A stretch of 63,851 nt of DNA, filler included, from Octopus bimaculoides (Eukaryota): assembly GCF_001194135.2 (NCBI RefSeq). It is 4 parts of 4 records of this genome, joined end to end, with 100 filler letters (N's around TTAATTAATTAA, not from the genome) between each part and the next. Parts side by side here need not be neighbours in the genome. Positions count along the whole stretch, not along the records: positions 26,414 to 48,789 come from NC_068984.1; 3 more parts are not named here. One strand, written 5' to 3'. Positions 26,732 to 39,149 of the stretch are shown here, one piece after another. A program made the position numbers and the translations under genes. Each line of letters opens with the position of its first letter. Within the stretch, counting starts at the first letter, position 1. The notes beneath the pieces are model-generated. The model did no database searches. It was given only the letters and a program-made list of their open reading frames with translations, and was not told the DNA's origin.

Positions 26732-27715
26732 CGTTAGTGTAAAACAGAAAGGAAAAGTGTTTAGCAGATATACATATGTGTGTGTGCGTGCGCGTTTCTT
26801 TGTGTGTGTGTGCGTGTGTGTTTATTAACACGTCTAGAACAATTGACCTAAACCAATGTCACAATGTACATTTTCCAGTGGCAGTTATAACTTTTCGAGG
26901 AAAACAGAAATTCAACATTTGAAACTTCGCCATTTCGTGTCTATTCTATCTTTTCCACCTTGTAGTTGTAAGAACTACATATGTTTACTAACACTGTTTG
27001 TTTATCTGCTGATCACCCAATAAATCTATATGTAATACGTTTTTGTGTAGAGCATATGTTTAATTTTTTAATATTCTGCCGTCGAATACATATTCATAAA
27101 TAGGTTTAAATTATAAATCGATCCTGTTGTTCACTCAGTTCATTGATAAATATTCATAATTTTCTCAACTCAGTATAAGCATTAGCTGAAGCAGCGTTGA
27201 CTGTCTGTCGCTCCTACCATAGCTTCAACGATTTCTGCCGCTCTGAGTTAACTGGATGAAACATTTTGCCTTCCCTCTCAGATATCGTTCTTAAACATTT
27301 TATTATATGCCTGTTATTGTACAATAGATCTTTTCTGTATTTCTTTGTCTGACTGTATTTTTCTTAGCCAGTGACATAACGAGGTCCAACTTGGACATCA
27401 AATTCATAAGCGATATATTGAAATGATATAAAATATTATCATTGTTGAAATAGAAATATTCAGAGGACATGCGACGGTTTTATACTGCTCATACTAGAGC
27501 CTTGTGTACTCTAAGTTGCACTAGGCTCCAATATGAATAATACTAGATGAGCAGAGGCGAGGTGTACTCAAACATGACTTAACGAGTGGGTTTTTACCCA
27601 TTATGTAGATGGGAAACCTTTTCAAATAACTTGTTAAATTTATCTTATGCTTTTATAGCTATTCATTCCTATTATATTAAAGTATCATCTTTGTAGAACG
27701 TCTCTGACACCTCTG

Positions 27716-27751
<36 letters not shown>

Positions 27752-27902
27752 NNNNNNNNNNNNNNNNNNNNNNNNNNNNNNNNNNNNNNNNNNNNNNNNN
27801 NNNNNNNNNNNNNNNNNNNNNNNNNNNNNNNNNNNNNNNNNNNNNNNNNNNNNNNNNNNNNNNNNNNNNNNNNNNNNNNNNNNNNNNNNNNNNNNNNNNN
27901 NN

Positions 27903-27941
<39 letters not shown>

Positions 27942-27968
27942 TACATACGTACATGCATACATACATAC

Positions 27969-28020
<52 letters not shown>

Positions 28021-29186
28021 ATGTATAACTTGTTTGTTCTACTTAAGACGATCTTAAGTTTACCCATTTTGTTTATAATAAACCGTTATTATAAATTAAC
28101 TCTCTTCTAAGGATAAAAAAAAGTCTACAAGTGGCTATTGTTGCCACAATTATACCAGCTGGAACTTTTGCCCTACACCCTCAATAACTTTGCTTTAGCT
28201 TCTACGCCTGTAATGGAGCAGAGAGAAGATTTCTGAAATGATTCTGTTGTCTTGAGCTATCAAGTGCTCCTTTCTGCATTTCTTTGTCTGACTTTATTTT
28301 TGCTAGCCACCGACATAATGACGTCCAACTTGGACATCAAACGCATGAGCTCTGAAGAGTGAAAATTTAATGAACAGTGCAATATTTTCTTCATCGATTT
28401 TCTCCTTTCGGTCAACCATTGCTGGTCTTCAATCCGACAATCGCCTGGCTTCACCGTTTCTGGCAAAAGTTGTTATCTCAGTCATTTATATGCAATGGAA
28501 ACCGAGTAACAACCTTTATGAGCCCTAGGGTCCGAGAAAAGAGTAAGATAAAAATATATACACGACGGACTTCCACACAGTTTCCGTCTCCCAGATTAAC
28601 TCACAAGGCGTTGGTCGGCGTAGAGCTTTAGTCGAACATGCAAGTCCAAGGTACGTGTAGTGTGAGTGAAACCGGAACCACGTGGTTGTAAAGGGAACTA
28701 CTTAACCGCATAGCCATGCCTGCACCTATTTTTGATCATGGTTGTTGTTGTGGTGTTGATGTTGTGTTTGTTTGTAGAGAGGTGACTGTAGTGACGGCGA
28801 TTATGAGGTTCGTTCTGGTGGTGGTGGTGAATGAGGCGGTGATGGTGGTGGCGATTGTTGTGACTGTCATAGTGGTTGTGGAGGCAGCAACGTAGGTAAT
28901 TGTTGTTGTATTGAGAGGCGTGATTTGGCAGCAGCGGTAGGGATGTGTTGCTGGTCTCTTTCAATACGGACCTTAGCTATTCAATCCAACTTTAAATCAC
29001 ATTGAATTCTATTTGACACATAAACTCTCAACCTCTACTACATCCTTCCACTCGTTTTCTTTTTCTGTCTATCTGTCTCACGTATGCGCAGAAACATCCA
29101 CACTCACCCTTCACATACACGTACACTAGTATACTTAGACCACAATATAGGTGTATGTATACACATACATAGATACATACGTACAT

Positions 29187-29305
<119 letters not shown>

Positions 29306-30547
29306 CAGGGGTTGGACAAAATATCTTGAAATTTCAAGCAAATTTATTTTAATATGGAGTAGGACCGCCTTTGGCAGTAATTACACCATGAATTCTACGA
29401 AGTGTGGACTCGTACAAACTTTCAATTGTTTCCAAAGGAATTTCTGTCCATTCTTTAGCTCAAACAGTTTCCAGTTCTTGTAGCGATTATGGTAGAGGAT
29501 ATCAACTCCTTGCTTGATTTTCTAAAATGCATCAAGAATGTTCAATAATATTAAGATCTGGGGTCTATGGTGCCCAGATAAGATGTTTAACTTTACTAGA
29601 ATGTTCCTTGTGCCATTTAGTAACAACTTTAGTTGTGTGAATTGGTGCTTTATCATCCTGAAAGATTGCTTTTCTCTCCGGAATCAGTTCCGCAAACATA
29701 GAATAAAATGCTTAAATAGTCTGCCATGAAGGGAAGCTATTGAGCCGTCGAATTTCCATGATATAGACACCCACATCATCACAGATCCTCTCCATGTTTA
29801 ATAGTTAGAAGAAGGCAGTCTGGGTCAAATGCTTTTTTCTTACTCTCTTCACACGTATACTTGGCCGGTGGTCGGAAATAAGGTAAAGGAGGACTCGTCC
29901 GAGAAATTAACATTCTTCCACTACTCAAGGAAACAATTCTGTAGGTTTTTACTCCACTCTAAAGTCTTTGCAACGTTTGTTTTGAAAGTAGTGGTTTTCT
30001 GATTGCAGCCCTCCTGTGAAATCCGGCTTTGTACAGCTCTCGGCTAACAGTTTTTGTGAAAACTGGATGCTCGAGGTGGTCAGTAAGCTCTGCAGTGATT
30101 TTAGGAGCTGTATTTTGTGATCCTTTCTAACAGTTGGCGTCAGAGTCCGACGGTCTCTATCTGAAAGTTTTGGTTTTCTTCCGGAGTTTTGCTTCGATGA
30201 AGAGAGGAGGTTTTTCCCTTTTTCTCAAAGGCTTTCATTACTTTCGAGACAGTACTTCTTGATACACTAAACATTTCGGCTGTTTTCGTTACGCTAGCGC
30301 CTGCCATACGAGCACCAACAGTTTGACCTCTTTGAAAGTCCGACAGATCTGTTATTTTAATGAATTTTAATTACTTTTTTCCGATTATAGCTGAAAAGAA
30401 ACAGCGATTTTAGCAAAATATATCAAGCAACACTAATAATAAATAAAAAAAGACATAAAAATAAACAAGCTTTTGACAGTTTTATAGATATTTCAAAATT
30501 ATGATGCTATGATGTTTAGGTGTTTCCATTATTTTGTCCAACCCCTG
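29306..30547 (-). mobile_element. Full-length decayed Tc1-family DNA transposon with DD36E triad (Incomer-like)
   Basis: Perfect 18-bp TIRs CAGGGGTTGGACAAAATA (29306-29323 and 30530-30547) with TA on both sides, 1242 bp. Transposase remnant at 30355-29349 reads DLSDFQRGQ.VGARMAGASVTKTA...FSDESSF...FQDDKAPIH...PDLNIIE...KGGPTPY*, with several stops and frameshifts. Confidence 0.95.
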
Positions 30548-31172
30548 TATATATGCAAAAATATGTACCTGCTTGTGTATGTAAGTATGTGTGTGTGTGT
30601 GTGTGTGTGTGTGCGTGCGTGTGTGTATATATAAGTGGCGTCCTATCCCTACGTTCGAAACGCGGAGTAGATAAAATAGGGGACAACTGATGAAGGGAAT
30701 GTTCTTTATGTTGCCTGTCTCGTTTCTCCCTTTTTTTTGACGTCCTGTACCCATATATGCATGTATATATACATATATATGTAGGTATGTACATATATGC
30801 ACACACACACACACACACATATATATANNNNNNNNNNNNNNNNNNNNNNNNNNNNNNNNNNNNNNNNNNNNNNNNNNNNNNNNNNNNNNNNNNNNNNNNN
30901 NNNNNNNNNNNNNNNNNNNNNNNNNNNNNNNNNNNNNNNNNNNNNNNNNNNNNNNNNNNNNNNNNNNNNNNNNNNNNNNNNNNNNNNNNNNNNNNNNNNN
31001 NNNNNNNNNNNNNNNNNNNNNNNNNNNNNNNNNNNNNNNNNNNNNNNNNNNNNNNNNNNNNNNNNNNNNNNNNNNNNNNNNNNNNNNNNNNNNNNNNNNN
31101 NNNNNNNNNNNNNNNNNNNNNNNNNNNNNNNNNNNNNNNNNNNNNNNNATATATATATATATATATATATAT

Positions 31173-31218
<46 letters not shown>

Positions 31219-31223
<5 letters not shown>

Positions 31224-32105
31224 TGTTGATGACACCTTCATACTATGGCCCCACCAGGAAGATATCCGAGTGCTGTTAGATCATGTCAACTCAATAAAGC
31301 CATCCATACAGTTCACAATGGAAAAAGAGAAAAGACAATCAGCTAGTATTCCTGGACGTATTAATAACATGCACCAAGTATGGATTCAGGACATCCGTAT
31401 ACCGCAAGCCGACCTTCACTGGACGATACCTTAACTTCAACTCCCACCATCCATACAGTGTAAAGAGAAAGATTGCTCAGTGCCTAAAACATCGAGCAAT
31501 GAATATAAGTAGCGATCGAGATACCCACCACAAAGAAATGATCAAGCTCAGTAACAATCTGTTAAGCAACAACTGCCCCAAAAGCATACTCTCCACTCCA
31601 ATTAGGAAGAAAAGAGAGGATGAAACCGATAAACTGTCCACAGTCTGTCTACCCTATGTGAAAGCCTCTCCGAAAAGATACAAAAGATATGCGGCCCATA
31701 TGACATCAGGACATTATTCAAAAGTAATACAACACTTCACAAATATCTCCTTCGAGTAAAACCACCAATAGAAGAGAATATGACCAAGAACTGCGTGTAG
31801 TCCATCCCATGCAGCTGTGGTAGGTTATACAAAGGCGAAACATGCCGCACCCTCAGAATAAGGGTAGAGGAACATTGCAAAGCTGTGACATGAGGAGACA
31901 TTGATAAATTGGGTATAGCTGATCATGTATGGAAAAATGGAGACCACCTCCCCCTGTGGGATGATGTTAAAATAATAGACAGAGAACATTACTGGGAAAT
32001 ATGAAAGCTAAAAGAAGCAGCTCATATGCAAGGGCACAACAACCTCCTAAGCAGACCGAGTGCAGATATGAATAGCATATGGGAACTGGTGGTGGTGAAA
32101 CTATT
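31219..32105 (+). mobile_element. Penelope-like element, 5'-truncated (RT C-terminus plus GIY-YIG endonuclease), degenerate
   Basis: YVDDTF at 31222, FLDVLI, YRKPTFTGRYLNFNSHHP, LPYV, the GIY-YIG-type CV*SIPCSCGRLYKGET, and IADHVW...WDDVKIIDRE. Confidence 0.92.
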
Positions 32106-32361
32106 CTTCGGGAAGCTGCAAATAGTTGAAGGTATCTTACTCTCCTTCTAAAAACTTCAAAACCAGATAAGGAAATCCAATTTTTGCAGCTCCTTTTTCT
32201 ATTTATGTGTATATAGAACAAGTACCAGACTCTAAAATGTTAATTACTGTGGTTGATTCGTTCGACCAAAGTTTTTCAACTGGGCACCCCAGCATGGTCG
32301 CAGTCTAATGACTGTAACCAGAAAAAGATAAAACATAAAGATACGTGCGTGTGCATGTGAC

Positions 32362-32408
<47 letters not shown>

Positions 32409-33069
32409 ATGTATGAATGCATGTATGTATGTATGTATGTATGTATGTGCGTGTGTGTGAATATATATGCAAATATACATGTGCGTGTGTGTGTGTGTTT
32501 ATGTAACAAACGAAAGCAAAACACGAGATTAATTCGAAAAGCCTTACATCCATTTCATTAACTTAATGAAAATTACATAATCAAAACTCTGTCAAATGAT
32601 CAGGTTAGAAACATGGAACTTATGTCGTAACACGATGGGATTCAAAGGACGATAGAATCCACTTCCGGATAGATAGCTAGCAACAGTCACTAAATTACTT
32701 GAAAGATGATGAAAGACAAAGATAACATACATACATTCACTCACTCGCACATACAGATGTTGACAAGATTGGCATATGAGATCCTAGTCACAGACGGTAC
32801 TACCGCCTTGAGACTATTAATGTCGTATTAAATAAACATTGAAGGTTAAGGATATTTTAGTTGATAATATAACTCAACTTTTTTAATCATTATGTTTTGA
32901 GAAAAGTCAGCGAACTGTTCAAATTGTCAGGGCGCCGGAATAAAAGATTTCTGGCATTTAACTACGTATCTCCACAGCTTTTACACTAATCAGTTACACT
33001 CACTCTATAGACCTGCGATATCAGAGAAGAAACATGCCCAAGGTACCGCCACATAGCTACGGAGCGACA

Positions 33070-33121
<52 letters not shown>

Positions 33122-34129
33122 ATGTATGTATGTATGTATGTATGTACGTATGTATGTACGTATGTATATATATANNNNNNNNNNNNNNNNNNNNNNNNNN
33201 NNNNNNNNNNNNNNNNNNNNNNNNNNNNNNNNNNNNNNNNNNNNNNNNNNNNNNNNNNNNNNNNNNNNNNNNNNNNNNNNNNNNNNNNNNNNNNNNNNNN
33301 NNNNNNNNNNNNNNNNNNNNNNNNNNNNNNNNNNNNNNNNNNNNNNNNNNNNNNNNNNNNNNNNNNNNNNNNNNNNNNNNNNNNNNNNNNNNNNNNNNNN
33401 NNNNNNNNNNNNNNNNNNNNNNNNNNNNNNNNNNNNNNNNNNNNNNNNNNNNNNNNNNNNNNNNNNNNNNNNNNNNNNNNNNNNNNNNNNNNNNNNNNNN
33501 NNNNNNNNNNNNNNNNNNNNNNNNNNNNNNNNNNNNNNNNNNNNNNNNNNNNNNNNNNNNNNNNNNNNNNNNNNNNNNNNNNNNNNNNNNNNNNNNNNNN
33601 NNNNNNNNNNNNNNNNNNNNNNNNNNNNNNNNNNNNNNNNNNNNNNNNNNNNNNNNNNNNNNNNNNNNNNNNNNNNNNNNNNNNNNNNNNNNNNNNNNNN
33701 NNNNNNNNNNNNNNNNNNNNNNNNNNNNNNNNNNNNNNNNNNNNNNNNNNNNNNNNNNNNNNNNNNNNNNNNNNNNNNNNNNNNNNNNNNNNNNNNNNNN
33801 NNNNNNNNNNNNNNNTGTGTGTGTTCATGTGTTTGTTCCCCCGCTATCACTTGAAACCGATGCTGGTGTGTTTATGCACCCACTAACCAAGTGGTTCCGC
33901 AAAAGAAACCTATAGAATAAGTACTAAGCTTACAAAGATTATGTCCTGGGTAGCGATTTCTTCGACTAAAACCCTTTAAGGCGGTGCTCCAGCATGGCCA
34001 CAGTCAAATTACTGAAACAAGTAAACGAATAAAAGAATAAAGGAACATATATATACACGGTGTGCTTCTTTTATTTCCCATCTACCGTATCCATTCACAA
34101 ACCTTTGGTCAGACCACGGTTATAATATA

Positions 34130-34340
34130 CAGGTTGTTCAAAAAGTCTCTACGCAGTGAGTTTTTTTGAAGACACCAACACCGAGAAATATTTGCTCAAA
34201 TATTGTCTATCCATTTGTGGGCCAAGTCACTGAAAGTGAAATTAATAATGCATATTTTCAGCAAGACGTAGCTACAGCACATACTTTGCACATCGCCAAG
34301 GTGCTACTTCAAGAGTTTTTTGGTGAACGGATTGTTTCGA
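34130..34340 (+). mobile_element. Internally deleted Tc1/mariner-superfamily (DDxD-like) transposon fragment
   Basis: TA|CAGGTTGTTCAAAAAG TIR-like start, then YFQQDVATAHT...LQEFFGERIVSKGL. Truncated by a SINE at about 34340. Confidence 0.7.
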
Positions 34341-35204
34341 AGGGACTCAGAGCGCAAAGACAGACGAAATACCGCTAAGCATTTCGCCCGGCGAGCTAAC
34401 GTTTCTGCCAGCTCGCCGCCTTGTCCAGGGATTGAACCTGGCGCCATGTGGTTAGAAAGCAAAATTCTTACCACACATTCACGCCTACACTTAATGTATA
34501 TGCACACACGCGCACGCATCACACAGAAATGCGTACACACACACACACACATGCATATCTGTATATACACACAAATATATATAAACGCACACTTTGGTGT
34601 ATTTGTGTTCGTGTCTGCAGACAGAAGCACACATATACAGTGTTCTATTAAAAAAAAAATATCCATCTTGTGTAGTGAAACTGTATTTTATGACATTGAT
34701 TTATTTAAAAAGGTTTGCATTATTGTTGTTGTTGCTGTTGTTGTGGCTATATTTGCTATTGCTACTTCTGTTACTGCTATTACTATATAGCACGGAGCAG
34801 AGCGATGAAATATATGGTGAGTGTTCTTTATAATCTGTAAGAAAATGTCACAGGATCAGAAGTACATTTGCAAATAAGTGATAGATAGAATATGAGCATT
34901 TCTTCACCTTGATATAATGTGTTTGTTTTATTTGCTTTTACTTTTGTTGCCGTTGTTGTTTTGGAGGAAGGCCTTCTTTATTAAAGATTGATCATCTTGT
35001 CCTTTAACCTTTCATTTTATTCTATATCTTTGGGTTATAAGAACGAGGTGGGAGACATTTGAGAAGGTGTTTATAAAGCGTCTCCTTTACAACTTACCCG
35101 AGCTATGTTCTCCCAATCGCTTTCTCCTTCTCCCTCTCATCCCTTCCTGTCTCTTTGTCCCCTCCTTTCTCCTTCTTTTCATCTGTCTTCAGGTGAGGGG
35201 TTGA

Positions 35205-35276
<72 letters not shown>

Positions 35277-37803
35277 TAATAATAATAATGAGGACCTTGC
35301 AACACATACACAACACTGAATAAATCACTGCTCACAACACTACCCGCCTACTCGTTACGGCGTCTCTGCGACGCAGAATTCTCGTCTTTTTTTTTTTTTT
35401 CTACTCCTTCTTTCTTAGTGTCGCCATCACGCTCCGGCGTCTTTTTGTCGTTCCAGCAGCATCATCCAGTTTTTTGTTTTTGTTTTCAGGATAACTCCAG
35501 ACGGAATTCTGTATCGTGGGGGAACAAGTAATTACAAAATCCTATAAGTTTATAGTTGCTAAAAGAAAAAAAAAAAAAGAAAAAGAAAAATTTTTTTTTT
35601 TTAATCGCGCAGCTGTCATTGCTGTTATTACTTTACTTATAGTTCTTGTTGTTTGATGTTATTGTTAAAAATATCAATATAATGTATTTTCTTCTCATTC
35701 AATTCACATTATCTTCTTTCACTACATCATATATTTTCTCTCATAAGAACTCCGCTCTCTTTCACTTTTTCTCTCTGTTGCTCACTTTCTCTGTCTTATA
35801 CACTCTAACTTTATCACTATCTCACTTTTTCTCTCTCCCATCTTTTTCTCCTTCCCATCTTTTTCTTATTTCTCTTTTACCTTTACCGTTATTCTCCTTG
35901 ATTTGATTCTTGTGTTTTCTTTTATTACTCTGTAAATCTTCTGAATTTACTCTCTTAGAAACCGCGAAGATTTAGAAGTGACAAAATGCGAGAGTAAAGT
36001 GTTTTGCAATATTGAATCTTTACTATTGGTTTTCTGCTGTTCTCGGTCAAATCCAGCCATGTTGAACTTCATTCTCTCATCTTCTCGAGGTCAATAAAAT
36101 AAGTAGCAGTATAAAATGGTTCCATTCAATCATCGATCTATTCCTGTTTGAATACCATTCTTCAAATAACTGTGAACAAAGAGAGGTGGACCAGGGGGTA
36201 AAACATGACGGATGACATCAAGTAACGAATTGGTAAGTGAATTCCTTGCAGAAACTTGGCACGCAGCTACTACAGATAGAGAATGCGTTTGCCTCACGAC
36301 TCCCGCAGGAGTTAAGGATGCAGAGAAGGACGGATTCTCCCGCCAAAAATATAGCCGTGTGGGCCACGTGAAAAATCATATTTTCACCTGGTCATATTAG
36401 CATAGTCTCATCCATACACAGCCTGGTTTCGCTTCTGCTTGAATGGTTATAACCCGTCTTTCGCTCCCACTAAATCAGAGGTTCACCCCTTCATCGTGTT
36501 GGGCAGTTCTCATGTACTCCTATGAAGAATATAATGTAAAATAGTTTGATGTCATAGAGCAAACAGTAGACATGCACTTTTCATTATCTAATTATGTAAT
36601 TTCATTGTCAGAGTTCAAATCCTGCCGTGGATTAGTACAGAAAGAGGGAGAGACAGAGAGGGAAAGACGGAGAGAGAAACATACATACGTTCATAATTTA
36701 TAAATATCATAACAAGCATCTATATACACATACAACCATATCACAGTCAACCTACCTACCTACCTACCTACCTACCTACCTACCTACCTACCTACCTACC
36801 TATCTATCTATCTATCTATCTGTTTATTTATCAATTTCCCATTATATGTATNNNNNNNNNNNNNNNNNNNNNNNNNNNNNNNNNNNNNNNNNNNNNNNNN
36901 NNNNNNNNNNNNNNNNNNNNNNNNNNNNNNNNNNNNNNNNNNNNNNNNNNNNNNNNNNNNNNNNNNNNNNNNNNNNNNNNNNNNNNNNNNNNNNNNNNNN
37001 NNNNNNNNNNNNNNNNNNNNNNNNNNNNNNNNNNNNNNNNNNNNNNNNNNNNNNNNNNNNNNNNNNNNNNNNNNNNNNNNNNNNNNNNNNNNNNNNNNNN
37101 NNNNNNNNNNNNNNNNNNNNNNNNNNNNATATATAACCACTCTCCACAAAGAACAAATCCGCCACCTACAATACAGACAGATACGGGTCAGTGGGCACAT
37201 AGAAAGATGTGTGAGGAATCTTAATCCTAATTTCCTAAATTTTCCCTTCTACCAATCTTCACACAATACCACAGTACACCAAACAATGAATAAAGAGGCA
37301 ACTTTCATCAATAAATATATTCCACAACTAAATATGAACACATAACATAATACAGAACATTACTAACCTTTCGATTAATACCGCTAACCCACATACATCC
37401 CATACACCATTCACATTACAGATCTATATCTACCATAATTGCACCATATCCAGAGCTACTTACCTCTCTTACACATAATCTTTTTACTCAGGGACTAGTA
37501 GACCTGACACCGTTCAGTAATCGGTGTGCATTCAAAGCAATGATTAGTAACATTACGAAACCGGTAAGCTTTTGAATCTCTCTAACAGTTCAAAATAATG
37601 ACTTTTATTACTTTTATTCCTACTTCAGTTCATCGAATTGCATATATCTATCGTTATTTTTCCTAAAAGCCTTTACTTTTTTTGATTTCCAATGTGCATT
37701 TTCGTTTATTTTTCTTCTTACTTTCCCCTTATATTTCCACGTGGAGTTTCTATTTTTTTTTGTAACGTATTTCTATCATATATATATGTGTGTGTGTGTG
37801 TGC

Positions 37804-37849
<46 letters not shown>

Positions 37850-38105
37850 GTGTGTATGTATATGTATGTATGTATATATATATATATGCATATATATANN
37901 NNNNNNNNNNNNNNNNNNNNNNNNNNNNNNNNNNNNNNNNNNNNNNNNNNNNNNNNNNNNNNNNNNNNNNNNNNNNNNNNNNNNNNNNNNNNNNNNNNNN
38001 NNNNNNNNNNNNNNNNNNNNNNNNNNNNNNNNNNNNNNNNNNNNNNNNNNNNNNNNNNNNNNNNNNNNNNNNNNNNNNNNNNNNNNNNNNNNNNNNNNNN
38101 NNNNN

Positions 38106-38174
<69 letters not shown>

Positions 38175-39113
38175 AACAAACAAACAAACAAACAAACAAA
38201 CAAACACCAACCAGCAAGATGCGAGCTAAATTGTTATAGCTTCACGTCCCCAGGCGTATCATTGCCAACGACAGCGAAAACAAACTAATTGTTTTCGCCG
38301 AGCGATCTATTGTTCAACTGGTCAATAGGAAGCTTGTTATGGTCACAGGGGGCCTGATATGTGTCCAGTAATCCGGACAAAAACTATCGTATTGGGTATC
38401 GGCATTTACTTTTGAGGCCTGTCATGTTTAGAAAATGTTTGGTATGTCACCATCATGATCGTGCGTATATATGAGACCCAAAGACTATCATGTTGCAGTT
38501 AATACATACATAAACAGACATACATATATATATATATANNNNNNNNNNNNNNNNNNNNNNNNNNNNNNNNNNNNNNNNNNNNNNNNNNNNNNNNNNNNNN
38601 NNNNNNNNNNNNNNNNNNNNNNNNNNNNNNNNNNNNNNNNNNNNNNNNNNNNNNNNNNNNNNNNNNNNNNNNNNNNNNNNNNNNNNNNNNNNNNNNNNNN
38701 NNNNNNNNNNNNNNNNNNNNNNNNNNNNNNNNNNNNNNNNNNNNNNNNNNNNNNNNNNNNNNNNNNNNNNNNNNNNNNNNNNNNNNNNNNNNNNNNNNNN
38801 NNNNNNNNNNNNNNNNNNNNNNNNNNNNNNNNNNNNNNNNNNNNNNNNNNNNNNNNNNNNNNNNNNNNNNNNNNNNNNNNNNNNNNNNNNNNNNNNNNNN
38901 NNNNNNNNNNNNNNNNNNNNNNNNNNNNNNNNNNNNNNNNNNNNNNNNNNNNNNNNNNNNNNNNNNNNNNNNNNNNNNNNNNNNNNNNNNNNNNNNNNNN
39001 NNNNNNNNNNNNNNNNNNNNNNNNNNNNNNNNNNNNNNNNNNNNNNNNTATATACATATACATATATATATATATACGTATATGTACGTATATATCTATA
39101 TATGTGTATGTGT

Positions 39114-39149
<36 letters not shown>

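Noticed and set aside
27130-27420. Stop codons rescued by A-to-I editing or selenocysteine (shared TGA-TGT in the duplicated segment)
   Set aside because: No recognisable protein family, no SECIS identified and an ambiguous frame. Neutral decay is simpler.
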